From the NCBI GenBank assembly GCA_002269645.1, contig NIVC01000002.1:1-38542 (forward strand): 38,542 nt of DNA, read 5' to 3'. The stretch comes from Macrostomum lignano (taxonomy: Eukaryota). Shown here piece after piece: positions 11,119 to 24,440 of the stretch (its first letter is position 1; each line of letters begins with the position of its first letter). The notes below the pieces were generated by a model. The model did no database searches. It saw only the letters and a program-made list of their open reading frames with translations, and was not told the DNA's origin. The translations under genes and the position numbers were made by a program.

Positions 11119-12179
11119 CTTTAATTTGAATGTATGTTCGCTGTCATTGCACGATGCGTTGTACACCTCAGGTCAGGTCACGTGACTTGCTGGAAATGAA
11201 ATAATGACTTTGTACCTATACTAAGGATAGGTGAAGCGTAAGAATGAACCAAAATTTGTACTTATTAGAAACACCTAGATGACTACTGTCAGAAAAAATG
11301 ATATTCACGTCTGTCAGTTGCAAAATTTTGTTATAATTGACTTTTAAAATCGAAAAACGTGATTTTGTGCAAAAACAACCTATATGAGCACACATAGGGT
11401 GAAAAATTTATTGATTTTCGCTATGAGGTTCTTAGCTTCCAAGAGCACTATTGTGCCCAGTAAACACGTACAGATGACTGCTATCTTCGTTAGTGTGCGA
11501 AAATTCGTATTTTTACGCTAATAACATTTACCGAATTACGAGGTTCCGGTGTTATGCGTTTTTTTGCTATATTTCACGCTGCCATTTATTAACGATGCTA
11601 CGCCAGGCCTTCAGTGTGGTGTCAATAGTTAGCATTTAAAAAGTGCTTTAATTTGAGTGTATGTTCGCTGGCATTGCACGATGCGTTGTACACCTCAGGC
11701 CAGGTCACGTGACTTGCTGGAAATGAAATAATGACTTTGTACCTATACTAAGGATAGGTGAAGCATAAGAATGACCCATATTAGTACTTATTAGAAACAT
11801 CTAGATGAATACTCTCAGAAAAAGTGACATTCACGTCTGTCAGTTGCAAAAAAAATTTTTAATTGACTCTCAAAATCGAAAAACGTGATTTTGTGCAAAA
11901 ACAACCCATTTGAGCACTACATAGGGCGGAAAATATATTAATTTTCGCTATGAGGTTCTTAGCTTCCAAGAGCACTATTGTGCCCAGTAAACACGTACAG
12001 ATGACTGCCATCTTCGTTAGTGTGCGAAAATTCGTATTTTGACGCTATTAACATTTTACCGAATTACGAGGTTCCGGTACTATGCGTTTTTTTGCTATAT
12101 TTCACGCTGCCATTTATTAACTATCCTACGCCAGGCCTTCAGTGTAGTGTCAATAAATAGCATTTAGCAAGTGCTTTAA
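11119..12179. repeat. Tandem duplication of a ~527-bp block
   Basis: Units start at ctttaa at 11119, 11646 and 12174; the two copies are highly similar but not identical. Confidence 0.95.
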
Positions 12180-13672
12180 GATGACATCATGCGCATTGCG
12201 TTGCGTAAAAGTGTGGGTCCACAGTTTCGTAACAAGTTAAAATGACCTGATTTCGCAAAAATCTTTAAAACAAAAAATACCAAATAGGTAACTAAAAAGC
12301 CTTTTGAAACTGAATAAAAAATGCACATAAAAGTGCTATTTTGTAACGTAAAAAGTCTTGCGTCCTGCAAAAATCTTCTATGGTGACTTTTTGGAGCCGT
12401 GAAGTGTAAAAACGTGCGCATTTTTAAAGCTGTTGAACTTACTTTTTGAGGTATATTTTGAAAATAGGCATTTTATAAATTGTATAACAAAATTTAATTG
12501 AAGAAAGCAATAAGGTAAAATAGAATTCGAAATTATTTAATTTTGAAATAATTAAACTGTACATTTCAGTCGTTCTGTTCCTTATAATTTCTACAAAAAT
12601 TTAAATTTAAATCGGTTATGTTAACAGTAGTTTATTGCTGTAGGACAAATTTGACCCCAAATTTTCAAAGCAACTTATCTAAGCAAACGCTATCTAAATC
12701 TGAAATATTTTCAAGCTTCAATCTGTAGCTATAATATTCGGTTTTGTTACGCTATTTATTCGTATCCTACTACATTATATATAATTATTGTACAATATAT
12801 TATATTCTACAAGTACAAGTTTTAATTGTAATATATTCAATTGTTATCAGTTTTACACTGTAAGTGTAAGCTTCAAATTTTATTTGAAATATAACTGAAG
12901 TATAGTACTTTAATATTATTTTATAGCTAATTAATTGTATTCTGCCAAATATTTACGTTTTTTTTCTCTGCTTTGCTTTTTGCTCCATATTTTTATAAAT
13001 TATAGTCATATTTACATATATCTTTTAAAAGTACTCATCCTTTCACATTTTATTTTGTAGTTATCAGTCAAATTTAACTTGAATTTTCCTTTTGTTTGCA
13101 TAATTTTGACTTAAGACTTTAGTTTTGAAGTAAGTATTCTTTTTATTTCTTCATATGTTTAGCATAGTACAAATATCTGTAGTACTCTGCTTAATGGTAG
13201 AAGTTTGTGGACACTTTTTATAAATTCTGCTCAATTTATTATAAATTTAGCATTTTTGCTAGACAATATATACATGCCAATGCTCCTTATATCAAGCAAT
13301 GCTTGAAAGTGCTAGACACTTAGTTTATGGTGAATTTTTACCAAGGGATGTTTTTTTGCTGATATAGAATTCCTAGAAGCATGTACAAAAACATGGAATA
13401 TGCCTGAAAAAACTCTAGAAAATATGCACTAAATCCAAGAAAAAATGTTGAAAGCACAAAAACTACATGGCACACACCGCCTATATGCCAGTATATTATG
13501 CTGCAGCATATTAATCCACAATCCAGTAGCAGTGCTAGTGTTCGTAGTTTAACTAAATTTGCCACCAGAAAAGAGTTGAGTTAACTTGGTAAAGAGTAGC
13601 ATGTTTTCTGTGTTTAGCTAATTAGTTTCTTTATCATTCTGAAATATTTACTAACATGTTTATTTAGACAGG

Positions 13673-13751
13673 ATGGGCAACGACAAAAACAGCATCAAGG
13701 ACAACACTAGCATTAACAAGGATACAAGTGCTTCTTCTGTTGCTGCCAATA
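13673..13751 (+). CDS. Predicted coding exon 1 of the Rep-helicase gene
   Basis: ATG at 13673 (MGNDKNSIKD...); donor |gtaagt at 13752; phase 1 matches exon 2. A CTAAC branch point and acceptor upstream imply an earlier exon. Confidence 0.6.
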
Positions 13752-13865
13752 GTAAGTTTTGTACATTTGTTGCAACTTGCAGGTGATAGGTGCTACTTTC
13801 AGGAATAGTTTCAAAGCAATCCTACCTTTATTATTAATATTCACACCTTAGGAAACCAGCTTTTA

Positions 13866-14495
13866 CTAGCATTCTTGGCTGCCCATTTGGGCAACAGACA
13901 AACTAAAAAGTTCCTGCACTACACAATTTATTTACCAAACAATAAATCTCAATTGTTCACACTATAACTCACACTGAATAGTTCACAGGTAATTCTGTAA
14001 AAAAGTGTTTTTCAGATGTCTAAAAATGTGAATTTTTCAAACTCTTAACTGACGCAGCTCAAATCAATAGTTCACACTCAATAGTTTAGATTGAATAGTT
14101 TCGCCTGAATAGTTTTGACAGACAGAATAATTTCAACTGAATAGTTACAACTGAATAGTTTAGACTTAATAATCTTGACTGAGTAGTTTTGACTGAATAG
14201 TGTGAACTCAATAGTTTCGACTGAGTAGTTTCGACTGAATAGTTTCGACAAAGGGAATAAATTCAATTGGAATCTGACCTTGTTTGACAGATCATTAAAA
14301 TAATTATAGAAACTCTATTTTCGAATGTTTAACACCCTTAGAATTTGAGCAGATTTAAGAAATTTTGACCACTGTATAATCAGTGCAAAATCTGCAATAG
14401 TTTAGAAAAAACGCTATCAAAATTGATCAAGAATGGCACGCTCTAGAGCGAAATAGATGGACAGACATATATATATATATATATATATAGGTAGA
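13866..14495 (-). mobile_element. Non-autonomous canonical Helitron (630 bp) in intron 1 of the Rep-helicase gene
   Basis: Minus strand A|TCTACCTATATA... 5' end; hairpin gttgccc-aaat-gggcagc then CTAG|T; A|T target; internal 11-bp ctgaatagttt repeats. Confidence 0.8.
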
Positions 14496-14530
14496 TTTAT
14501 AAATTTCTTTTTTACTGTGACTTTAAACAG

Positions 14531-14902
14531 GTGCGAAAAAGTGCGGACGGCCGAAGAAGAAAAACTGGAGCCGCTCCAAGAATAATATTAAAGTTGCTGC
14601 TGTCGGTGATTTAACTGCTGGCGAAGAACAGATTCAAGAGCCAGATGTACAACCGGAAGCTGCTGCTGCCTCTTCTATTGCCGCTGCTGGGACTAAAGCT
14701 GGTGCTTCTGCTGATGCTGCTGCTAAAACTGAGTCTGTGATTAAGCTGGACGAGGCTGGTCTGGCTGCCCTGCTAGCTGAACATGATGCTGCTCTGGCCG
14801 ACGCTCTGGCTGCTTCGGAATACCCCGTGGTCGAAGGTGATGCTGAAGTGCCCAATTCTGGTGCTGCTTACAATGAGCAACTTATAGGCTACTTGAGTGC
14901 TG
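14531..14902 (+). CDS. Predicted coding exon 2 (AT-hook-like GRPKK, Ala-rich)
   Basis: Acceptor ttaaacag|, donor |gtgaga; open frame; phase 1 at both ends. Confidence 0.7.
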
Positions 14903-15087
14903 GTGAGAGTTTTATTTTTTATTGAATTTCTATGCATAGTACAAGTTAATTTTCTTTCTTACATCTGACTTTGCTTGCGAATATTGAAAATTAGATTTTA
15001 GTGTTTACGACTTGTGCAAAATACAATTAATGCTCAATTCCTTAAAATTATCATACCTCACTGTTTAAGAGTTGTATTCTTTTACAG

Positions 15088-18000
15088 ATGAAACAGGTGC
15101 TACTGCAATGGATTTTGCCGAAGGTCATGTAACTGCTGCTGTACAAGTCCAACCTGTATGGGTTCCTTTTTCTTCGTGTCGCGTTGAGAATGTACGAGGT
15201 GACGGCAACTGTTTTTTCACGGCCATATTGAGACAATTACAAGAACTGCCAGGTTTTTCCGCCTATCAATCGCTAAGCGTAGAAGATTTTCGAGATGCGG
15301 TTGCTGCAGAATTCGAGCAATGGGTGCATCGCGATGTCAATAATCAGGAAAGAATTATGCAAACAGGACTGAATTGGGAAAAAGTGCGCGACGATACAAG
15401 GCGTCCCCGTATGTACGTGCCATGCGGAGTTCCAGAACTAATTGGTGAACTGTTGCGGCTAGAAGTGTTTATTTATCAGTCAAACATGCTTAATCTAGCG
15501 CGGCCTGGCCATTATTCCCGACCGAATATTGGAGAACGTTTGGCTACTATTCGATTGTTGTTTAATCCTGGTAGTCAACACTACGAAATCGTTCGTGTCA
15601 ATGATTTGGAAGTTAATGAAGCAAGCTCAGTTCGGCCGACTGGCCAAGGAGATTTGAGCGCCAAGAATGTGGAAATGCCCCCTCTCAACGAGAATGTTCA
15701 TGTTGTCGAAGATCCTGTTGTAATGATGCCACCTCCAGCTCCACCAATGACGCCTTTTGAAAAGGTTGCAGACTGGACCCGAGTTCAAAGTAGGCATTGG
15801 AAGGGACGTTGTAGAAATCAAGCAAAGTCCTTGGAAAATAATACGAGTTTGTTTGCGCATCCGAATTCATATGAAGTGCTTCGGGATCGGAACAACTCTG
15901 TCTGGAATTGGAATGTCGATCTTGACGCGGAGGATAGCGCAGAGTCAGTTGAAATTGAGCATGTGTCAGAGTCAGTTAAAAGTGATCGTGTGTCAGAGTC
16001 CGTGCCATCAAATGTTCCGCGGCGCAGTCGGCGTAAAAAGGATGTTGGGAAGGCAAGTTGCGCTACGCGTCGGAGTAGTCGACTGAGCGCTAAAGCAAAC
16101 ACATTAGAGTCTGTGTCTGTTGCAGCCTCTAGTGTATCTGGTCAGAGCTTATTGAGAAGAAGCAGTCGCACTCGGAGAGCACCATGTTGCAGTTGCATCG
16201 GTTGTGGCGACTCAGTTTCGGCGGTTTCAAGCGTTTCTTGCCATTTGGAAAAAGGAAGAGGTCGAGAAAAGAAGAGCGACGTTGTACCAAGTGCTCCTAC
16301 TCGTCGCAGCGAGCGTTTGAAAAACCAGCAGCAAGTGGTCAACTATGCAAATTCTTTACCACGGAAACAGAGATTGACAAACGCAGAAAATCATATCTGC
16401 GAACCCGTTCGATCGTCGCCTAGGAAGACGGCACCTTTGCAGCAGGAGCAGCAAGATAAACGTCAGTCTGATAATATTCCAGCTACTTCTACGTATTCAT
16501 CACCACGAAAGACACGTGCTACTCAGGAGAAGCCTGATGAAGCGATCCGTTCGTCACCCAGAAAGCGGCCTACAATGGAGCAGCAGCCAGCTAAAGAAAA
16601 TGTTCCGCAGAGCAGCACTTCAGAAGAGAGCGCTCAAGATGCTCCAATTGTTGAAGATGAAATCGGAGATCCTAATCTGCCAAAGTGCCTTCGCAATCCG
16701 TTCACAGACCAGTTCAAAAAGATGAGGCAAGACTTTTTCAATGAAAACATAACAAAAGTATCACATTTGAAACAGTGCTACGTGTGTAGGGAAAAGTTTC
16801 CTGGAAAATATTTTAGCATCGATTCTGAAGACATGTGCGATCGTTGTTTCAGAGATGACAATGAGCCGAAATCGTTTAGCCAAGAAAACAATGCGATTCC
16901 GATGTTGGAGCAGCCAGAAGATTTGCAAGATTTGAGTGTAGCAGAGCAAATGTTGATTTCGCCAGTTTTGTCGGTTATTGTTGTGGTACAAATTTTTCCC
17001 CAAAAGCAAACAAAATCGAGAGGACACGGAATCATGTTGCCTCAAGATCAGTCGCACGTTTTGCGAGAGCTGCCAAGACGATCTCTGCCAGTTGTTTTAA
17101 TGTACGACGAAAGAGCCCGTGTTCAGCCTGGAGAAGCGCAAAGCGGCACAATGAACAATTTGCGAGTTCGACGCGACAAAGTGACTAATGCGATGCGCTA
17201 TTTAATGGCAAACAACAAGTACTTTAGACAGTATCAGGTTTCAATGAATAATGATGCGTTGCTACATCTGCCTGAAGATGGTTATGCTCATCAAGTAGAA
17301 GGTATGATTGTCGAAATGCAGTCTGACAATGAAGTGAATTTCGAGGCGGCACAGCAAGAAGGCGGCTCAGCCAGAGCTGAGCGATTGCAGCAACAAGTAG
17401 AAAAAAATGCGGACGAGACGAACGAGCTCGAGGAAACAATTAGTTCGCTGTTGGAGACTCCTTTGCGTCGATTGGAATCGGCAGTACGAGACAAATTTTT
17501 GAGTGAAAAATTGAAATGGCCAGCAAGAAGCAACGAGCCGGTAAACGAATTTCAGGATGAAGGATATTTTACATTGGCTTATCCTCATCTCTTTCCGGAT
17601 GGAGCAGGAGATTATAGTACGCCACGTAATTTTGGACTAAGTTTGGGCGACTATGCAAAGCATTTGATGCAATTCCGGTGTCCAAGATTTCGTACCGATT
17701 TGCGGTTTAAATTTTACATTGAAAATATGGTGATGCGTTGGAGGGCGCTGGAAGTTGGTCGCGTGTTTGTACACGACAACAAGTATGCTGGATTAAGTGC
17801 CAAGGAAATGATTGAAGCACTAAATGACCCGGCAGTATTGGCTAGCGTGTCAGTTCGAGCATCAGATTTGCGAGGCACAAGCGCTTATTGGCAGAGTAAA
17901 GGACGGCAATTGGAAGCCATGATTCGAACGCTTGGTGTTCCTCATTTTTTCGTGACACTATCGGCAGCAGATGTACATTGGCCAGAGTTGCAGCATGCCT

Positions 18001-21000
18001 GGGGAATCGATGCAGAGCAATATGAAAGCAATGTAGAACTAAGAGCAGAAATGTTGTCAAAGTTGCAAAAAGATCCCGGAATGGCAGACACTGTGTTTTG
18101 GTTGCGATTTGAAACATGTTTGAAACGTTTTTTGGTCGAGCACTGGAAAGTAAACGATTATTGGTTTCGCATAGAATATCAGAGTCGCGGAAGTCCACAC
18201 GTTCACGGTTGCATTTGGATGCCAGATGGTGTTGATGTGACATCGAATACATTGAATGCAGAAGAATTGACGAGCTTTGTTGACAAGTACATCTGTAGTT
18301 GGAATTTGGCCATGGACGAATCGGATTATGGAAATCAAGTTTTGAATGGCAGTTTAGCAGGTCAAGGTCATCCAGCTCAACTGAAACCGGAAGAGATTGA
18401 AAATGACAAGCAAGATTTGCAGTTAATTTCGCATTTGACAGAGAGGCACACTATTTGCAGTAAAAAGTGCTTGCGAACAGTAAAAGGCAAACAAGAGTGC
18501 CGATTCAAGTATCCGCGCGAGCCGCAGGAAAAGACTGTTGCAAAGCGAGTATCCCGTTTAAATTGGCAAGTTGAGACGCAGCGCAACGACGAGCGAATGA
18601 TTTCTCACAGTCCGCAGTTGCTGTGCATGTGGAGAGCCAATGTCGATGTTCAAATGATTTCGTCCGTGAAGAATTTGATTCGCTATTTGATCAAGTATGC
18701 GACAAAAAGCGAAAAGGAGTCGGATTATATGGCGGAGCTGACAAAGCGTCTTCATAAGGAGTTGGAAGATAATGCAGAACAGAATGCCGATAACAATTTT
18801 CAGCGTAGCAACACTGCAAGGCGTGTTGTACAACAACACTTGATGGCGCAAGTTGGAGCGCGTGATTATTCGGCGCAAGAGGCAATGCATTTGCTATTGC
18901 AGACGTCAATGTACAAGGGTTCGCGAGAATTTGTTTTTGTTCAGACTGGCGAAACCCGCGCAGTGGAGGAAAAGGGTGTTTGCAGGAATAGTTGCGACAA
19001 GTATTCAAAGCGTGCAAAGAATTTGGAAAATGTAACAATGTTTCGTTTCTTTTCCGACTACTGTCTCAGCCCTAATGGGAGGTGCACAAAAAGGCCGAAA
19101 CAAGTAGTTTTGCTAATCAGTCCATTTTTTCGACCGAATGAGCAATCAGACGAAAGACGCGAAGGCTATTATCGGCAGCAGGTTTTGTTGTACAGTTGTT
19201 GGCGAAATGAGCGAGAAGCCAAAGGTTTGCACACAAGCTGGCAGCAAGCGTACGAAGCCATGCCTGCTGAGAATCGATGCGAGCTGCAGCTGCCCAATTT
19301 GGACGATTTGCGCAACGACGAAGCTGACGAAGAAGTCGAAGCAGTTGCGGAGCTACCCGAAATGACCAACGCAAATGCGCAATCTGCTGCTCAGCCAACT
19401 TATGAGCACGAAGAGCAAGAAGATTGGATGGTTGCAGTGGGGGCACTTCATCGCGAGAGAAATCTATTGGCCTGTCCAGAAGATCAATTGCCAAAGCCGC
19501 CAGAAAATTTTGACTGGAGCGCAGCTAGTGGCGGCCAGTTTCCAACGGTTGGAGAAGCAAAGGCGTTTTTAAGTAGCGACCTAAAACTTGGCGCAAGAGA
19601 GGTCGCTGACATGCCGATAAACAGTGTTGAATCGCTTAATGTTCGGCAGCGAGAAATGTACAACCTAATTGAAAGTCATTTGCAGCTTTCAAGACTAGCC
19701 GAAGAAAACCAAGGCGAAAAGCCGGAGCCTCTCAAAGCAATTTTGTATGGTAGCGCTGGAACTGGAAAAAGCTACTTGATTTCTACATTGCGTCGGTTGA
19801 TTGGAGAATCAAGATGCAGAATTATGGCATCAACAGGCGTAGCCGCTTTCAATATTGCAGGCGAAACTTTGCACTCGGCTTTGAAATTGAATGTAAATTT
19901 TAGTGCTGGTGTTGGCAAGAAATCCCTAATGGAGATGCAAGAGCAGTGGAAAGATGTGCGCTACATTTTTATTGACGAATTTAGCATGCTTGGCCAAAGG
20001 TTACTCCGTAAGGTGGATGCTCGTTTGCGCGAATTGTTTCCAGAACACAGTAAACAGAGTTTTGGTGGTCGATCTGTAATCCTAATTGGCGACGTGTTTC
20101 AATTGCCTCCAGTTTTGGACACGCAACTGTACGTTTACAATCCAAATCAAAAGAAGCACGATATATTGAAATCTGAAGGCTATAAATTGTACATGGAGTT
20201 CAAAAAGGTTGTGCATCTGACAGAACAAGTCCGACAAGCAAACGATACGGAATTCGCCCAGTTGTTGGATAAACTTCGCGAAGGCAAGGCCGACGAAGCC
20301 TGCTGGAATTCGTTGATGAACAATTGTCGCGTCTATGCTCCCGACCTTTTGCCTGAAGGTTTCCAAAGCGGGTGTACATTTTTATATCACACTAACGAGG
20401 ATGTGAGAAATCGCAACTACATGCTATTGGGAAAGATGGTTTCCGAATTGAATCCTGTGCGGCAAATTAACGCAATTTGTAAAGGAGACGAAGCAAAATT
20501 GTGTGGCAAAAAGAAGGAACATAAAAAATCGGATACGAATCTGGAGAAGCGACTCTATTTGTGTATTGGTGCTCGAGTAATGCTAACTAGAAATCTGTCA
20601 GTACGCAATGGACTTGTGAATGGATCAGTTGGAACTGTACGAGGAATTTGCTACGCTCCTGGAAGGCAATCACCAAAGGATTGGCCAGATTGTATTTGGG
20701 TTGAATTTGACAATTATTCTGGCCCAGCAATGGGGGCAATTGTACAAGATAATCGTGCAATTCGTGTAGTGCCAATTCTGTCAGTAACGAATGAAAAGTT
20801 TAAAGGAGGAGCCCAATTGTCGCGTCAACAATTTCCACTACGATTGGCTTGGGCTAGTACGATTCACAAGAGCCAAGGACTTACAATTCCAAAAGCGTAC
20901 GTGGCGTTTAGCAAAGGAGGCGCCAGGAAAGCTATTCCAGCTGGATTATTTTATACTGCGGTGAGTAGAGTTCGTGCATTTGCAGATTTGCGAGTATCAA

Positions 21001-21116
21001 GTTGCGATTACAACAATTTCGTGAGCCTTTTTTCTGCACAAAAAGTGCAGACGCAGTTGCATGAGCAAAAGCGTTTGCTGAGAATGTGCTCATCCGCGAA
21101 TTCTGATAGCCGCTAA
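15088..21116 (+). CDS. Helentron-type Rep-helicase, exon 3: OTU protease, HUH Rep endonuclease, Pif1-like SF1B helicase
   Basis: GDGNC (15201-15212) and HY (15579); FFVTLSAAD; EYQSRGSPHVH (18198); YLIKY (18684); GSAGTGKS (19749); IDE (19974); GDVFQLPPV; LAWASTIHKSQGLT; YTAVSRV. No C-terminal APE domain. Confidence 0.96.
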
Positions 21117-21130
21117 CTTGCTATTCTAAA

Positions 21131-24100
21131 GTCGGCAACTATTTAGTCAGCAACTATCCATCCAGTCAGCATCCGTCCAGTCAGCAGCCGTCAGTCAGCA
21201 ACAATCCAGTCAGCAACCATCCAGTCAGCAACCATCCAGTCAGCAAACATCCATCCAGTCAGCAACCATCCGTCCAGTCAGCATCCATCCAGTCAGCAAC
21301 CATCCAGTCAGCAACCATCCAGTCAGCATCCGTCCAGTCAGCAGCCATCCAGTCAGCAACCGTCCATCCAGTCAGCAACAATCCAGTCAGCAATCATCCA
21401 GTCAGCAACCATCCAGTCACAACCATCCAGTCAGCAGTCATCCAGTCAGCAACCATCCGTCCAGTCAGCAACCATCCGTCCAGTCAGCAATCATCCGTCC
21501 AGTCAGCGACCATCCAGTCGGCAACCATCCAGTCACAACCATACGTCCAGTCAGCAACCATCCAGTCAGCAACCATCCAGTCAGCAACCATCCATCCATT
21601 CAGCAACCATCCAGTCAGCAACCATCCAGTCAGCAACCATCCAGTCAGCAACCATTCGTCCAGCAACCATCCATCCAGTCAGCAACAATCCAGTCAGCAA
21701 CCATCCAGTCAGCAAACATCCATCCAGTCAGCAACCATCCGTCCAGTCAGCATCCATCCAGTCAGCAACCATCCAGTCAGCAACCATCCAGTCAGCATCC
21801 GTCCAGTCAGCAGCCATCCAGTCAGCAACCGTCCATCCAGTCAGCAACCATCCATTCAGCAATCATCCAGTCAGCAACCATCCAGTCACAACCATCCAGT
21901 CAGCAGTCATCCAGTCAGCAACCATCCGTCCAGTCAGCAACCATCCGTCCAGTCAGCAATCATCCGTCCAGTCAGCGACCATCCAGTCGGCAACCATCCA
22001 GTCACAACCATACGTCCAGTCAGCAACCATCCAGTCAGCAACCATCCAGTCAGCAACCATCCATCCATTCAGCAACCATCCAGTCAGCAACCATCCAGTC
22101 AGCAACCATCCAGTCAGCAACCATTCGTCCAGCAACCATCCATCCAGTCAGCAACAATCCAGTCAGCAACCATCCAGTCAGCAACCATCCAGTCAGCAAC
22201 CATCCGTCCAGTCAGCAACCATCCAGTCAGCAGCCATCCTGTCAGCAGCCATCCAGTCAGCAGCCATCCAGTCAGCAACCGTCCATCCAGTCAGCACCCA
22301 TCCAGTCAACAACCATCCAGTCAGCGACCATCCAGTCAGCAACCATCCAGTCAGCAACCATCCAGTCAACAACAGTCCATCCAGTCAGCAAACATCCATC
22401 CAGTCAGCAACCATCCAGTCAACAACAGTCCATCCAGTCAGCAACCATCCATCCAGTCAGCAACAATCCAGTCACAACCATACATCCAGTCAGCAACCAT
22501 CCAGTCAGCAACCATCCGTCCAGTCAGCAACCATCCAGTCAGCAGCCATCCTGTCAGCAGCCATCCAGTCAGCAGCCATCCAGTCAGCAACCGTCCATCC
22601 AGTCAGCACCCATCCAGTCAACAACCATCCAGTCAGCGACCATCCAGTCAGCAACCATCCAGTCAGCAACCATCCAGTCAGCAAACATCCATCCAGTCAG
22701 CAACCATCCAGTCAACAACAGTCCATCAAGTCAGCAACCAATCATCCAGTCAGCAACAATCCAGTCAGCAACAATCCAGTCAGCAACAATCCAGTCACAA
22801 CCATACATCCAGTCAGCAACCATCCAGTCAGCAACCGTCCATCCAGTCAGCAACCATCCGTCCAGTCAGCAACCATCCAGTCAGCAGCCATCCTGTCAGC
22901 AGCCATCCAGTCAGCAGCCATCCAGTCAGCAACCGTCCATCCAGTCAGCACCCATCCAGTCAACAACCATCCAGTCAGCGACCATCCAGTCAGCAACCAT
23001 CCAGTCAGCAACCATCCAGTCAGCAAACATCCATCCAGTCAGCAACCATCCAGTCAACAACAGTCCATCCAGTCAGCAACCAATCATCCAGTCAGCAACA
23101 ATCCAGTCAGCAACAATCCAGTCAGCAACAATCCAGTCACAACCATACATCCAGTCAGCAACCATCCAGTCAGCAACCGTCCATCCAGTCAGCAACAATC
23201 CAGTCAGCAACAATCCAGTCAGCAACCGTCCATCCAGTCAGCAACTATCCAGTCAGCAACCATCCATCCAGTCAGCAACCGTCCAGTCAGCAACCATCCA
23301 GTCAGCAATCATCCATCCAGTCAGCAACCATCCAGTCAACAACCGTCCATCCAGTCAGCAACCATCCAGTCAACAACCATCCAGTCAGCGACCATCCAGT
23401 CAGCAACCATCCAGTCAGCAACCATCCAGTCAGCAACCATCCAGTCAGCAAACATCCATCCAGTCAGCAACCATCCAGTCAACAACAGTCCATCCAGTCA
23501 GCAACCATCCATCCAGTCAGCAACAATCCAGTCACAACCATACATCCAGTCAGCAACCATCCAGTCAGCAACCGTCCATCCAGTCAGCAACAATCCAGTC
23601 AGCAACAATCCAGTCACAACCATACATCCAGTCAGCAACCATCCAGTCAGCAACCGTCCGTCCAGTCAGCAACAATCCAGTCAGGAACAATCCAGTCAGC
23701 AACCATCCAGTCAGCAACCATCCAGTCAGCAACCGTCCATCCAGTCAGCAACAATCCAGTCACAACCATACGTCCAGTCAGCAACCATCCAGTCAGCAAA
23801 CATCCATCCAGTCGGAAACCATCCAGGCAGCAACCATCTAGTCAGCAACCATCCATCGAGTCAGCAACCGTCCAGTCAGCAACCATCCAGTCAGCAGCCA
23901 TCCTGTCAGCAGCCATCCAGTCAGCAAACATCCATCCAGTCAGCAACCATCCATCCAGTCAGCACCCATCCAGTCAACAACCATCCAGTCAGCGACCATC
24001 CAGTCAGCAACCATCCAGTCAGCAACCATCCAGTCAGCAAACATCCATCCAGTCAGCAACCATCCAGTCAACAACAGTCCATCCAGTCAGCAACAATCCA

Positions 24101-24440
24101 GTCAGCAACAATCCAGTCACAACCATACATCCAGTCAGCAACCATCCAGTCAGCAGCCATCTAGTCAGCAGCCATCGAGTCAGCAGCCATCCAGTGAGCA
24201 ACCGTCCATCCAGTTAGCAACCATCCAGTCAGCAACAATCCAGTCACAACCATACGTCCAGTCAGCAACCATCCAGTCAGCAACCATCCGTCCAGTCAGC
24301 AACCATTCCAGTCAGCAACAATCCAGTCACAACCATACGTCCAGTCAGCAACCATCCAGTCAGCAACCGTCCATCCAGTCAGCAACCATCCAGTCAGCAA
24401 CAATCCAGTCACAACCATACGTCCAGTCAACAACCATCCA
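21131..24440. repeat. 3.3-kb minisatellite (15-bp CCATCCAGTCAGCAA unit with 19-bp variants) with higher-order repeats
   Basis: Starts 15 bp after the helicase stop; identical ORFs offset by 469 bp; rare cctgtc variant at 22238, 22550, 22892 and 23902. Confidence 0.98.

Noticed and set aside
10013-14495. One 4.5-kb minus-strand Helitron from 14495 to the CTAG at 10013
   Set aside because: A nearer hairpin + CTAG at 13866 completes the element, and the 10019 end pairs with the subTIR at 25424.
21131-24440. CRISPR-like array or coding pentapeptide repeat (WMVAD)n
   Set aside because: No unique spacers, no cas genes, and variable unit lengths break the frames.
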